DNA from: Felis catus
Lineage: Eukaryota
NCBI RefSeq assembly: GCF_018350175.1
Contig: NC_058383.1
Coordinates: 31,002,001 to 31,066,000, forward strand
DNA length: 64,000 bases
Direction of reading: 5' to 3'
Below the pieces are notes generated by a model that searched no databases, was not told where the DNA came from, and saw nothing but the letters and a program-made list of their open reading frames with translations. Below are positions 50,447-62,686 of this stretch, one piece after another (within the stretch, counting starts at the first letter, position 1; each line of letters starts with the position of its first letter). The translations under genes and the position numbers were made by a program.

Positions 50447-51867
50447 TCCAACGCCTAACTATAAAGCAAAGCAAGCACCACGGTCTCCCCTTCCAACCCA
50501 AGCCCGCCCCTCACTGTTGTTACACGATTCTATGTGCGCATACGTACACGCTTGCGTGCTCTCACAGGTTGGGGCACACGCTGCATAACCCCCCGTCACT
50601 CCACAACCAGCCTTGGTGACCACCCCGAGCCAGCACAGGCAGACGGGCTTCGTCATTCATCACAGGGTGCAACCACAATCTTTTCCACCAGCGCCTGGAA
50701 CGGATCCCAGTTCAATATTGCCACAATCCACAGCCTTGTGCCTGTCTTTACGCACGGTTAGGAACCTTTCTCTGGACGCCTAGGAACACAGCCGCTTGGT
50801 CACAGGGTATGTACAACTTAAATTGTAATAGCTGACAAAAGGTTCCCACCGCCCAGATTTCCAGAGTGTTCTGTGACCCCGAACTGTCACCTCACTGCCG
50901 TGGGCCTCCGCATCATCGTGGATGAAACCAAGCAGAAGACTTTTGAGTCGATTTCGGTTCTGATGTTCATTTTGCAGTCTAGGAGATCCAGAGGAAGCAT
51001 GACAAGATAGGAGGGGCGCTGGGGCAAGCGGCAAACCAGAGGTCACGGCACGGCCACCGCAGCCGGGCACCCGAGAAAGGCCAAGGCAGCAGGCAGAAGG
51101 ACAGAGATGCCAGAGGGCTGAAACGCATGTGCTCGGTGCCCCCAGACTGGAGAGCTGCATGGCAGGGACATGCACCCCCGAGGTGAGGGACCGGAGCCTG
51201 GGCTCGGAGGAGCAACCTCTCCAGCCCACAGGGAACAGCAGCACGTACGTTAAGCAGCTACGGGACACTCGCCACGCCTGAAGCCACAAGGACACAGCCA
51301 GTCAACAAAAGCCAGTAATACAAAAGATTTAAGGAAGGGAATTTTGTCAAGGGGAGGAGTTTTTTTGTTTGTTTGTTTGTTTAACGCTCACACAATTCAT
51401 GTTGAAAACTCACAATCTGTCTCTGTTCCAGGCACCCACAGCAGGGCAATGTCAAGGCTGAAACAGGGACGCCCAGAACAGAGGCAGGAAAGAAAAATCC
51501 ACATCCCTGAGACTCAAGGTCAGAGCTGATGTTTCAGACGGGGTGCGGGGGTGGGGGACTACTGATGGGTTTAGAAAAGACATCCTTCTGAAAGCTCACC
51601 TCGCTTACAATTCTCAAGAATGCTACAAGGTCAAGTCACCGTGGAAAGAAAAGAGGGATCACAGAGAAGCACAGGAAGAGCCTCAACGTGGCAGCTGCCT
51701 CCTAAGGGGACAGAAGAACAGGGAACATCCATGTTCACGGGGAAGAGCAAAGGTCCAAGCAGGACAGAGGCCAATGCAGCTCGGGGGCAGGAGAGAGGAG
51801 GGAGGGAGGGAGAAGGGAAGGGTGCTCGTGGACAAGGTGGTGACACCACAGGCAGGTCCATTAGATC

Positions 51868-52064
51868 GGTGGGACTCTAAGGGTGGGCTGTGGGCCACCC
51901 TCATCAGAATCACCTGGCGAGGGATGGATGGGAGTGGCAAATGGTAAAAGGCAGGTTCCAAGACCCGGCTCCCAGAATTATTTCAATCAGTCTGAGGGGA
52001 GAGTCAGAAAGCTGCATTTTGACAAATACTCAGGTGATTTCAATGCACAAAGTTTGAACCAGTG
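51868..52064. mobile_element. MER5-like hAT-Charlie relic
   Basis: catcagaatcacctgg...ctgcattttgacaaatactcaggtgatt...aaagtttgaaccagtg. Confidence 0.7.
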
Positions 52065-53062
52065 CAGTAAGCAATGAGAGAAGTCCTATGCACAGCAACT
52101 AGGAACTGAGAGAAAGGCATATCCCTGCGCTCACCCGTAGGGGCCACAAGGGACCCTCCAGGGCTAGCCCCAATCATCCCCTCCTCGGGGCTCCTCGGAG
52201 CTCACCAGGCACAGCACCTTCAGTCACGGCTCTTACCCAGGCTGCTGGGCCAGGGAAGCCAGAGACATACCTTGGCGGTGGCCACAGCACAACGCAACAT
52301 AATGAGGGCTTGTTCTAGCTGACGGAAGACAAAAAGAGGGAGGGCTCCAATCCACCAGTGACGTCACCAATCCCACCCACACTGGGAGGGAGCCCATGCC
52401 ACCTCCCCTCAAAGTTGGGGCAGACGGACCACGCGGCCTGGCCTTGACCGCTCTGTGTTCTCAACAATTCCCTGGATATCTAGAAGCTGACCGTTTCCTT
52501 CGCACGTGCGCAACAGACTTTGACATATTTGGAACATGATAATATATGACAAACCAGGAGGCTATTTCAAAAAGACCACAGAGATGTTCTGCAACCCTGA
52601 CAACTTTCAAAAAATCTTAATTATATCTAAGAACCCAAAGCAAGGAAGATTTGGAGGAAGCCGACGATGGAAGGGACAAGAGGAGGAATCCGGGGAAGGA
52701 ACTGGAACATTCTAAGCCAGAGGGCTGAATCTACCTCTCTCTGCATGGATGGGCAGTTTCTGGTCCGCATATGGTAGTGTCTTCATACTTGACTATTACA
52801 TTCAGATAATGATGGAAGAATAAAGTCCTCTTCATCCTGAAAACCAAGGAAACTTCCTAAGGGAGGCTAGAAGTCCTCTAAGGTGTGTGACTGTGTATTA
52901 GATTAAAGTCAATAAAAAAATAACCACTCTCTCCATACTTGGCGCCCCTGAGGAGATGTTGGATGTGCGAGCTGACTCCCAAACTATGACAAGTCCCATG
53001 GATCATGAGCAGATAGAAAGTGTTTCTTCCTCTTGGCCAGGAAGGTAGAAAGGCAGACAAAC

Positions 53063-53851
53063 TGTGTAAGACATAAAAACACTGGTCTTAAGCACCCCAG
53101 TTCCTGACACAGGGTTCCCAAGTCCCTTGGAATTTCCTGAGAGAAGTATCCTATGTTCCAATGAGGTAACTCTTGGTGGGCTGCAGGAAGGGGTCTGGTC
53201 ACCAGAAACACCAAGTGGTGATTAGAAGCTTGGAACGTTCTGTCCCACCCCCCGTCTTCATTCGAGGGGAGAAGGGTCGGAGGTTGAGTTCATCATGATC
53301 CATCATGCCTATGTGATCAAGTACCCACAAAAGTTCCTAATCTAGAAGGATCCGAGAACTTCAGCGCTGGTGAACACGTCCATGTGCTTGTAGGGTGGCA
53401 CACCCCAACCGCATGGGGACAGAAGCTCCTGTGCTCGGGACCCAACCACACCTCACCTTGTCTACCTCTTCATCTGGCTGTTCACCTGTATCGTTTCTTA
53501 TATTTTTTATACACCATTCAATGTAAATAAATATTTCCCTGAGTGCTTGGAGCCATTCTAGAAATTGCTGAACCCGAGGAAGGGGTGGCGGAAACTCCAA
53601 TTTATAGCCAGTCACTCCAAAGTGCAGGTGGAGACCTCGGACTTGCGACTGGCATCTGAAACGGAGGCCACCTTCTGGGACGGGCCCCGAGGCTGTGGCG
53701 TCTGCACTATCTCTGGTTCATCAGAACTGAACTCAACTTCAGGACACCCGGTTGGTGTCCCCAGAGTTGGGGAATGGTTCGTGTGGGAAAAATCCCCACA
53801 CGTTTGGTGTTGCAGTGTTGCGAGTCGAAGAAAGCATTTTTTGCCGTTACA
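53063..53851 (+). mobile_element. MER21-like ERV solo LTR
   Basis: TG...CA ends; cccttggaatttcctgag, ggtcaccagaaa, ggggacagaagctcctgtgctcgggacc, ctcttcatctggctgttca and gacttgcgactggcatctgaa are MER21-type motifs. Confidence 0.8.
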
Positions 53852-54059
53852 GACACAGCTCATTCTCCAAAAGCATTCTAGGATCCTCACGCCAGAAGCT
53901 CGTCTGTTCCCCCAGTACATGCACGCGGAGTGGTGGCCATGGGTCACACGCTCTGGACCCCACGGGGAGCGGGACACAGTAAGCTGCTGCCTTCCTAGAA
54001 CTGGCACCTGATTGGTGGCAAACGAGCCAAAAGAGGGTATAATTTCTGGTGGTAACAAT

Positions 54060-54690
54060 GGCCATGCAAAATATAAAAACCAGGAGGAAGTGCCATGGGG
54101 AAGAGCTCCTCAGACAAGGGGAGAATTCGGCTTCTCCGAGGAGACAAGACGAGTTAGAACTACCGCAGGGGACAACATTCTGGCAAAGGAACGGTGAAGG
54201 CTATGGCACGGGACAGAGGGGGCTTCTTCGAGGACATAAAGGAGGCCAGTGTGGCTGAGGCATGGTGAACAGGGTGTGGGGGGGGGGGACCCAGAGGGCA
54301 GGCATCAGGTGCATCACACGGGGCCTCAGGGACCACGGGCAGAATGTTCCACCTTATTCTCACAAGCAAAGCCAGGGGAGGGTTTCTAGAATATCATTCG
54401 TTTGCTTATTTTTAAGTTGCTCTGATGGTTGTGTGAATTATGGATGGCTAAACAACACAACTGGAAGAGAAGAGAGCAGTTAGGAGCTGCTACAACATTC
54501 CAGACAAGACACGGTGGCAGCCTGAGCCAGGCTCACAGCGGTGAGATGCAGAAGCTGCTGGCCCTCTTTGAGGTGGGTTGGGGGCGGGTTATGGAGGAGA
54601 CAAGACCTCCTGACCACAATGGGAGGTGCAGTCTGTCGAGAATCTAAGGTTGACTCCCAGGTTTGAGCAACCAGTTAGCGGCACGCACGG
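54060..54690 (-). mobile_element. L2 relic (other L2 relics near 14910-15200, 18700-18950, 27750-28090, 29000-29450, 46930-47260, 55560-56240, 59000-59250 and 60090-60520)
   Basis: ggaggccagtgtggctgag, cagttaggagctgctacaacattccagacaaga and ctaaggttgactcccaggttt are reverse-strand L2 motifs. Confidence 0.65.
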
Positions 54691-54697
54691 AGACAAG

Positions 54698-55089
54698 TGT
54701 GGTAGGCAGTGTGGTTTGGGTGGTTTGGGTCTCCCTAAAGTGACCACACGCGAATCCCTGGAAGCTGGGAATGTGTCACCTTGCATAGCACCTCCGTGAC
54801 TCTCACTTGGGAGATTATCTCGGGTTATGTGAGTGAGCCCCCTCTAGTCACCCAAACCCTTCGAAGAAGAGAACTTGCTCTGGCTGGAAGGCAGGGGATG
54901 CTGCAAAGGAGAAGGCAGACTCCGCGTGCGACAAGCAGTCATTCCGGAGAAGAACCCAATCCTGCAAACACCTCAGTTTCAGTCCAGAGAGATCCACATC
55001 AGACTTGTGACCGTCAGACATTTAATAATACGCTAACATGGCTTCAAAGGCCGTGACGTTTGTTACTGCAGCAAAAGCAAACTAATACA
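54698..55089 (+). mobile_element. MLT1D/E-like MaLR LTR inside an L2 relic
   Basis: Starts tgtggtaggcag; internal gggagattatc; ends tttgttactgcagcaaaagcaaactaataca. Confidence 0.75.
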
Positions 55090-57292
55090 ACCGGGAAGAC
55101 AGAGGAGGAACCGGAGGCCGGGTGGCAAGACCGAGCCCTCTGGCTCCGCCATCGCAGATCCGCGGAGCAGGCCAGAAGGCAGGGGGTCACGGACAGGTGG
55201 AACGACACGCGGAGAGGCCTCAAGTCACGCCCGCCTCCTCCACCATCACCTGCAAGAGAGCTAAGACAGACGGCGGCACAGCGTGTCCTCTACAAATCCC
55301 GGCGGCGTGAATGTGGACCGTCACCCGCGGCCAACCTCCTCCAAGAGCCGCCTAACCAGGTGCTCGTGGCACTTCTCCTCCCACTGTCTGAACGCTCTCC
55401 CACCAGGCTCTCCCCAACCTGCTCCAGCCCACGTCACCGCTGGCGGGCGCTGGATTATTCCACAGGTCACCTGCCCCCATCTCATTTCGTCCATCGGCAA
55501 CGTCTGACACCGGTGTTCACAGTCTCCACCTTCAAGCATGTTCTTCACTGGGCTTCCAGGGCCGCACACTCTCCCTCGGTGTCCACCCCCCCTCCCCAGG
55601 CACTGCCTCTCCGTCACCCTAGCTGGCACGTCCTCCTCCTTCCTACAAGCTCTCAAGGTGGAAGGCCCCAGCGCTCAGTCCTGGCCCATCTACACTCTCT
55701 CTCCCAGGGATCTCATCCCATCTCGGGGCCCTAAGCATCTTGGCTTGTCCACACCTTCCACGTGCATTTCCAGCCCAGGATGCACACGTATCCTTCCCGT
55801 CTCCTCTCCCACACCCAGCCGTCTCCAACACAGCACGTCTGCACCAGAAGTCCCGTTTGGTCGCGCGAGGGCTGCTCTGCCCAAAGCCATCCCCGTCCTG
55901 CTCAACTGCAAGGAGAAGCTTCTGGCTGCTCAGGGCAAGCTCCTCCCAGCCATCCCGGGCTGCTCTCGCTCACACCTCACCGCCCAAGTTCCGGGAAATC
56001 CTTTCCTGGACACCCAACATCGACACCCAGCCAGAGCTCACCCAGGTCTCGGCCACCACCTCCCACCTGGATTCCTGTGACCACCGCCTTGCTCTCCTCC
56101 CTGCTTTGGCCGTTCTCGCCTAGACGCTCGTCTCTGGACAGCAGCCAAAGTGATCCTGTGAGCCCAAATGGCAAGGAGAGTGGCCTATGACTGCCAGTTA
56201 ACGTGTGTTTTTAAAAAGGAATTAATGGATGAAAAAATAAACAAATACTTCCAGGTGAATGCCCGGTCCCTGGAGGCTCACAGCCCCAAGGACTGTGTCC
56301 CCCCCATCTTTGGGCCCAGCACGTGGGAGGGTTGGAGGGCACCAGCTGAACGGACAAACGACTACTTCCTGTGGGTCAGACCCACAGAGATGAGCTCCAG
56401 TACCACCAGCTTCTCCGTGTGGGTCTGAAAATTCCTAGAACCCCACACGCAAACCCTCCTCCACCCTCATCCCCAGCAGGCGGTCCAGATCGCGAGGACA
56501 AAGCCGGCCGGGGCTGAGGTTTGCTGGGCTGGCGCCCAAGTGGATCTGAGGAACAGTTACAAAGGTGGAAGGGGCAGGGGCTCCCCCGCGACCGGCGCCG
56601 TGCCACCTGGAGGAGCAGCCGGTGGTCCAAAGGCTCCGAGTGGCTGGGCGCCCGGGGCCCCTCAGGCAGCTGCTGCCTCTCAGAGGTGTGACCAGGGGAT
56701 GCAGGGAGCTTTCCCAGAGACGCCCGAGGACTGAGGGGAGGCCACCAGCACCAGGAGGAGGTTACGAGGCAGGTGTCGGGACAGGGGCGAGAAACCCAGG
56801 GCACGGGTTCCTCCAGAGCTGAGCCCATGTTCACGGAGAAGTAATAAGCATGCACGAGAGTGTGATTACAGCACCTGATTTAATTCTCTTCTCCAGCCTA
56901 TCAAGTTCATACAGCCCCCCGTTTTGGAGAGGGGAAGACCGGATTCCCGAGAAATCAAGGAGCCAGTGGGTGGTGAAGCAGACCAAGGAGGTCTCATACT
57001 TTCAGAGGACACTGGATGAGGTCACCAAGGGGGAACCCCAACCCAGAATTTCTCAAGCAGGACCTCCCAGTTTTCCGGCTTACAGACAGGAAGTTCAAAT
57101 GCTTTGGGACCTGGTAGGCGTGGGTGGAAGGAGGGGTAAAAAGCCTTCCTTTAAATCTGTCACTCTGAGGTCTGAGGATGGGGCTCGCGAAGTCTTCTCT
57201 GCCATTTAATTCCGTTTCTGGAAGTCCTTATGGATCATTTGTGACAAGGGGGTCTGGAGGAGTGTGGCGATTTTCTTTAAAAATATTTAGTT

Positions 57293-57521
57293 GGGGCACC
57301 GACTAATTACTAGTTGGTGTCTCAGTCGGTTGAGCGTCCAACTCTTGACTGTGGCTGAGGTCATGATCTCACGGTCTGTGGGTCTGAGCCCCACACTGGG
57401 CTCTGCACTGGCAGCATGGAGCTTGCTTGAGATCCTCCCTCCTCTCTCTCTGCCCCTCGACTGCTCTCACTCTCTCTCAAAATAAATAAAGAAACTTAAA
57501 AAAAAAAAGTAAAGTAAAAAC
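57293..57521 (+). mobile_element. Can-SINE with a rearranged 5' end
   Basis: ggggcacc...ctcagtcggttgagcgtccaactcttgact... body and A tail. TSD taaaaatatttagtt (57278-57292) / taaaaatattaagtt (57522-57536). Confidence 0.92.
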
Positions 57522-58379
57522 TAAAAATATTAAGTTAATGGCTTCTGCATCACAAACTTCAGGCATTAAAAGCCCTAAGAAGTAACAAACTGCAGATCCG
57601 TGTCCGGGGGACTGTGCCCGGCCCTTCCTGCCCCTAACTTTTCAGTCCCTCTATTGACCATGCTCCCTCATCCTCCTCTGGGCCTTTGCACATGCCCTTC
57701 CATGTGCCCTTTCCTACCTGGAAACTTCTGCCCACCAAAGCCCAGCTTATCCTTCAGGGATTGTCTTACGAGATTCTCCACAGGAAGTCTTCTCGGCCCG
57801 GCCCGGCCCCAGCCCAGGTGAGGGCGTGCACTCTGGGCTCCCCGAGCCCTCCCACCCGGCCCACGACACGCTTTGAGAAGACTTCCTGACCTCCCCACAT
57901 GCCCTCCCCGGCCTCCCGCAAGCCCCACGAGGGACCGCCTGTATCCCGGAGCCCAGGCACAGGGCTGGCACCCAGCAGGTGCTTAAGCAACATCTGGCAG
58001 GTGAAATAAAGAGAAGACAAAGAAGGGAGAGCGGAAATGCAGGGCAGGACGGTTCAGCACACGGAAGGGTGCCGGTCACCCACTGGCTGACACCGCGCTT
58101 ACTACGGGCCAGGAGGCAACCTCAGAGCTTTTACGCATATTCCCACCACTCTCAGCAACAAGCCTACCAAGTAGCCTCTGCCCCATTTTACCCGTGAGAA
58201 AAACAGGCACAGAAAAACCAGGTCACTTAGCTCCAGCCCACCACTGGAGAGTCGCGAGCCCAGCAGGCGGTTCTAGATCCGTCCCTTCAGCTCCGCATCA
58301 CACGCTGCCAGACTCTGTACGGCGGCCCCACCCGGACCACACCTCCTGGTGTCCCTGTGCTTGTGCAGGCACTGCCCTC

Positions 58380-58782
58380 GCTGACCTGGACTTGGCTGTG
58401 ACACCCGCTCTGGCCAGCAGGTGTGACACAAGCAGAGGCTGCCACGTCCGGCAGGAACACTCCCGAGAGCCCTGAGACGACCAGGAACGCCTAAGGCCGA
58501 GCAGGGCACGTGGACACTTCGGGTGAAGGAGGACCAAGGGACGTGGCCACCAGCCAGAACGCGGGTACAGATACACCAGCCACAGCTGGCCCGGCACTCC
58601 CCCCCCCACCCCGGTCCTCCGGGCCACTGGAGCTGAGGCCTCAGGTGACACAGAGCAGAGATGAGCATCCCGGCTGTGTCCACCGAATCTCTGCCTCACA
58701 CAAATGTGAGCAAATGCAACGGTGGCTGTTTTAAGCCACTAACTTCTAGGGTGATTTGTTAAGCAAAAACAGGTAACAGAAG
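58380..58782 (+). mobile_element. Old MLT1 (G/H-like) LTR fragment
   Basis: gagcagagatgagcatccc...ggctgttttaagccactaacttctagggtgatttgttaagca...aggtaacagaa. Confidence 0.65.
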
Positions 58783-61605
58783 CACCGCCTCGCTTTCCCA
58801 GACACGACCACGCAGACCCAGTGGGGTACTTCTCAAGTCCTTACTCGTTCGGCCACGCTCACACAGCCCAACCGTGCACCTGTCACTGTCTGGGTCCAGG
58901 ATTCGGCAGAGGAGACGGAAAAGCCCCCGTTCTCTAGAGCTGACACTAGTGGGGGGTAGCCGGGGAAGCCAACAAACCAGTTTTTAGGTCAAACAGCGCA
59001 AAGAGCTACACAGAAAACTGAAGCTAGGTCAGGGGTGGGTGAGAGAGAACAGTCTCTCGCTAAAGTGGTATTTAACTGAAGACCTTGGGGAGAAAGGGAG
59101 AAGGGCATATAAAGATCTGGAAGTGGAACATACCAGGCCAAAGAGGCAGCAAGAGTCTGCAGACTGCAACATGCCAGAGGGGAAGGAGCGGAGGTGTCCG
59201 GGGCAGGACGGAGGAAGGAAAACGGAGAAGAGGGAAGGGCCAGACTATGTGGGGCTGTGAGGGGGAAGGTATGAAAGGAAGCCCGAGAGGCTAGAGGGGA
59301 CATGACCCCACTTCTATTTTCCAGGGCCCCCCATGGCAGCAGCAGAGACTCAGAGCAGGGAAGGCGCAGCCACGGTGGGAGCAGGGCCACCAGCAGAGGC
59401 TGCCACGACAATCCCGGCACGTGCCGACGACCTCTCCCAACTGGGGAGGCAGGTGGGCTCAGGGCTGTGGGTCTCACCTTTGTCCACCTTTCTCGGAGAC
59501 GAAAATGAGAGCGTCACTCTTGCACAACGGCAAGGCTGGAACACGAAACACACGTGGCCGCCGTCACAGGTGGTTTTCTTTTGGAAGACACACACTAATG
59601 GTACCTCCCAAGCATGCCACCTAAGGAACCCAATCGAAAGACAAGCAAACCTAGCCTGGAGACCGCCTGAAAGGGGGACTTTTTCAGCCTTCACTGAGCC
59701 TGAAAATAAACAATATTGTAATGCTCTACTGGGTAAAGCCACTACGAAGCGCGGGTCCTGCTGCGCGTTTTGTAAATGGAACACTGAACCGACGGCTCTC
59801 CGGGAGGAAACGGTGCGCCTGTGTCAATCACGGACCACGGGCGCCTTCCTCGTTACCAGTCATTGCTCATTTCAGTCACTCACTTATTCGCTTCATCTGG
59901 AAGAGGAGCTGCTCTAAGCGGGAAGGTATTTATTTTTACCCAAAGAATCATTTTCAGGGAAAAGCAGGAGGAAAGAGACCGTGCGAGCCATAGGGAAATG
60001 AAGCAGAGGCAGAAAGACCGAACCAAGAATATAGTCTGAAAGGAAAGGGTTCAATCTAAAAACGTAAGACACGGAGCCCTGGTCGTGTCCGTTTCCTCGG
60101 CCAAATCCTTGCATCTTCCCTTAATTCCCACCGTCCTTGCCCCAGCTTCCAACCACTGCATCTGGCTTGCTGAAAGCTGCAGGGGCCAACAGCTCAAGTG
60201 ACAGAGACCTTGGCCGTCACCAATTCTCTCTCCGCAGTTGGACAACGTAACAAGTTTAAAAGGCCAACTTGATCCCTGTTTAGGACTCTTGAAAGACACT
60301 CCATTCTTCTTAAAGCAAAGACCAAATCCTTTCCCAGAACCTGTGAGGCCTGGGGTGCTCTGGGCCAGCCCCCATTCCTTCACCCTGGGCCCTGACAATA
60401 CCGGCCTCTCCTCGGTTTTTCTGCCACCTGTTCCTCCTCCTGCTTTGGACTTTCTCCCCTTGCGAGGCAACGAGATAAACCTGGTGTGGAAGGGGAATGC
60501 CTTCCTCTTTCAGGTCTGAGCTCTAGCTCCTCCTCACCAGAGCTAGACCTGACCCACACCCCAGTCCGCAAACCTGAGTAGATGCGTCACAGCTCTGGTC
60601 TTTGACGGTGACCACGGTGGGCCGGGGTCATCGGTCCCAGCACATCACAAACTGGCCCTTCTGTGCTGCTGATACTGAAAGGTTCCTCTTTGACTCTAGA
60701 ACTCAACTTAGTGCTGTTTTTGATCCAAAGACCCCCCAAGCTGTGACACCCCCCCCCAAAAAAAACGGAGGAGGGACTAGCTCTAATGATAATTAGTTGT
60801 CTCCACCAGCATCCTGTCCCTTCCTCACACCATCCAAGGTCATACGTCACAACGTCTGCCAGCTCCACGTCCTTGGAGACCTCAAGAGCTGTGCGCTTCT
60901 CCGAAATCAGGCACCACGTGATTTCACACCAAACTTTTTTCAGTGTTAACCTGCAGCAGTCCAAATTACCGACTCCAAGGAACAAGATGACAAGATCAAC
61001 ACGTGGGGTGCCTCTCTCAGTCATCCTCAGAACTTTGCAAGGAAAGTAAGAACAGAAATAAAAACGCAACAGCTAACATTTATGGAGTGCTCTCTATGTG
61101 CCAGGAACTGTGTTCCTTATCTTTTGTGGGCTCCCTGAAGTTTCACAAAAACTCTACAGAGTGAACACTGTGAGTAAGATCCTTATTTCACAGATGAGAA
61201 AGGGGAACCTTAAGGAAATGACTAACGCTGTGCCCTCCCCCAACCAACTCATCTCTCTAGAACACACCATCGACCACCAAACCAGCCTGCCCCCAGAGCA
61301 GCTAACTCATTGTTTCCCATAAAAGACACAGAAGCTGCTTCTGCAGGAAACAACTTTTATTTCAGAATTCATTGACCAAGGTCTCTGTCATCATCGGTCA
61401 GGAGAGACGCAAGGGTTATAAGCTAACCTTCAACCACTGGTTTCGGTTTGGGCAGAAAAAAGATAAAAACAAAATTAAATGTCTTTAAGCACTATACTTT
61501 TAACCATGTGGAAGAGAAATTTCCCTTACTAAGTGGACACTGTCATTCAAAACACAAGCAGATGGAAAGAATTAAGACAAAGTCATCATAACATAGTCAC
61601 AAGTA

Positions 61606-61711
61606 GTGCTCACTTCGGCAGCCCATGTACTAAGACTGGAACGAGACAGAGAAGATTAGCATGGCCCCCGCACAAAGATGACAGGCAGATTCGCAAAGCT
61701 TCCGTATTTTT
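61606..61711 (+). pseudogene. RNU6: Full-length U6 snRNA retrocopy (5' part of a U6/L1 chimera)
   Basis: gtgctcacttcggcagcccatgtactaagactggaacgagacagagaagattagcatggccccc...ttccgtattttt aligns end to end with canonical U6 (14 substitutions and 1 deletion by manual alignment). The ACAGAGA box is intact, it ends in T5, and there is no upstream TATA box. Confidence 0.96.
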
Positions 61712-62686
61712 CGTAGTATCCAAAATCCACAGAGAACTTAACCAACTCAACACCCTAAAACAAATAATCCAGCAAACAAATGGGCAGAAGACATGACTAG
61801 ACACTTCTCCAAAGAAGACATCCAGATGGCCAACTGACACACGAAAACATGCTCCACATCACTCACCATCCAGGAAGTACAAATCAAAACCACAATGAGA
61901 TACCACCCCACACCCGTCAGAATGGCTCACATTAACAACTCAGGCAACAATAGATGTTGGTGAGGATGCGGAGAAAGAGGAACCTCTTGCACTGCTGGTG
62001 GGAACGCACACTGGTGAAGCCACTCTGGAAAACAGTGTGGAGGTTCCTCAAAAAATTAAAAATAGAACTACACTACGACCCAGCACTACTAGGTATTTAT
62101 CCAAGGGATACAGATGTGCTGTTTTGAAGGGGCACATGCACCCCCATGTTTACAGCAGTGCTATTGATAATAGCCAAAGTATGGAAAGAGCCCAAATGTC
62201 CATTAATAGATGAGTGGATAAAGAAGATGTGGGATATATATACAATGGAGTATTACTTGGCAAGCAAAAAGAATGAAATCTTGCCATTTGCAGCTATGTG
62301 GATGGAAATGGAGGGTATTATGCTAAGTGAAATTAGTCAGAGAAAGACAAAGATCATGACTTCATTCATATGAGGACTTTAAGAGACAGAACAGATGAAC
62401 ACAAGGGAAGGGAAGCAAAAATAATATAAAAATAGGGAGGGGACAAAGCACAAGAAACTCTTCAATATGGAGAACAAACAGAGGGTTACTGGAGGGGTTG
62501 TGGGAAGGGGGGTGGGCTAAATGGGTAACGAGCATTAAGGACTCTACCTCTGAAATCACTGTTGCACTATAAACTAATTTGGATGTAAATTAAATAATTT
62601 TTTTAATTTTAATGATAAAAAAGAATAGTAAGATCATCAACAATAAAAAAAAAACATCTTTTTGCAATCATCAAAAAAAAAAAAAG
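61712..62686 (+). mobile_element. 5'-truncated carnivore/felid L1 (ORF2 C-terminus, 3' UTR, A-rich tail)
   Basis: ORF 62146-62373 encodes the ORF2 C-terminal motif IAKVWKEPKCP..DEWIKKMW.IYTMEYY..KKNEILPFA..WMEMEGIMLSEISQ. Typical L1 DNA (aaatgggcagaagacatg, caaaaccacaatgagatacca) with disrupted frames, and A-runs at ~62615-62686. Confidence 0.95.

Noticed and set aside
61606..61711. Functional U6 snRNA gene
   Set aside because: 15 differences from invariant U6, no upstream TATA box or evident PSE, and fusion to L1 mark it as a retrocopy.
62146..62373. Host protein-coding ORF
   Set aside because: It is the C-terminus of L1 ORF2 in a truncated, disrupted element.
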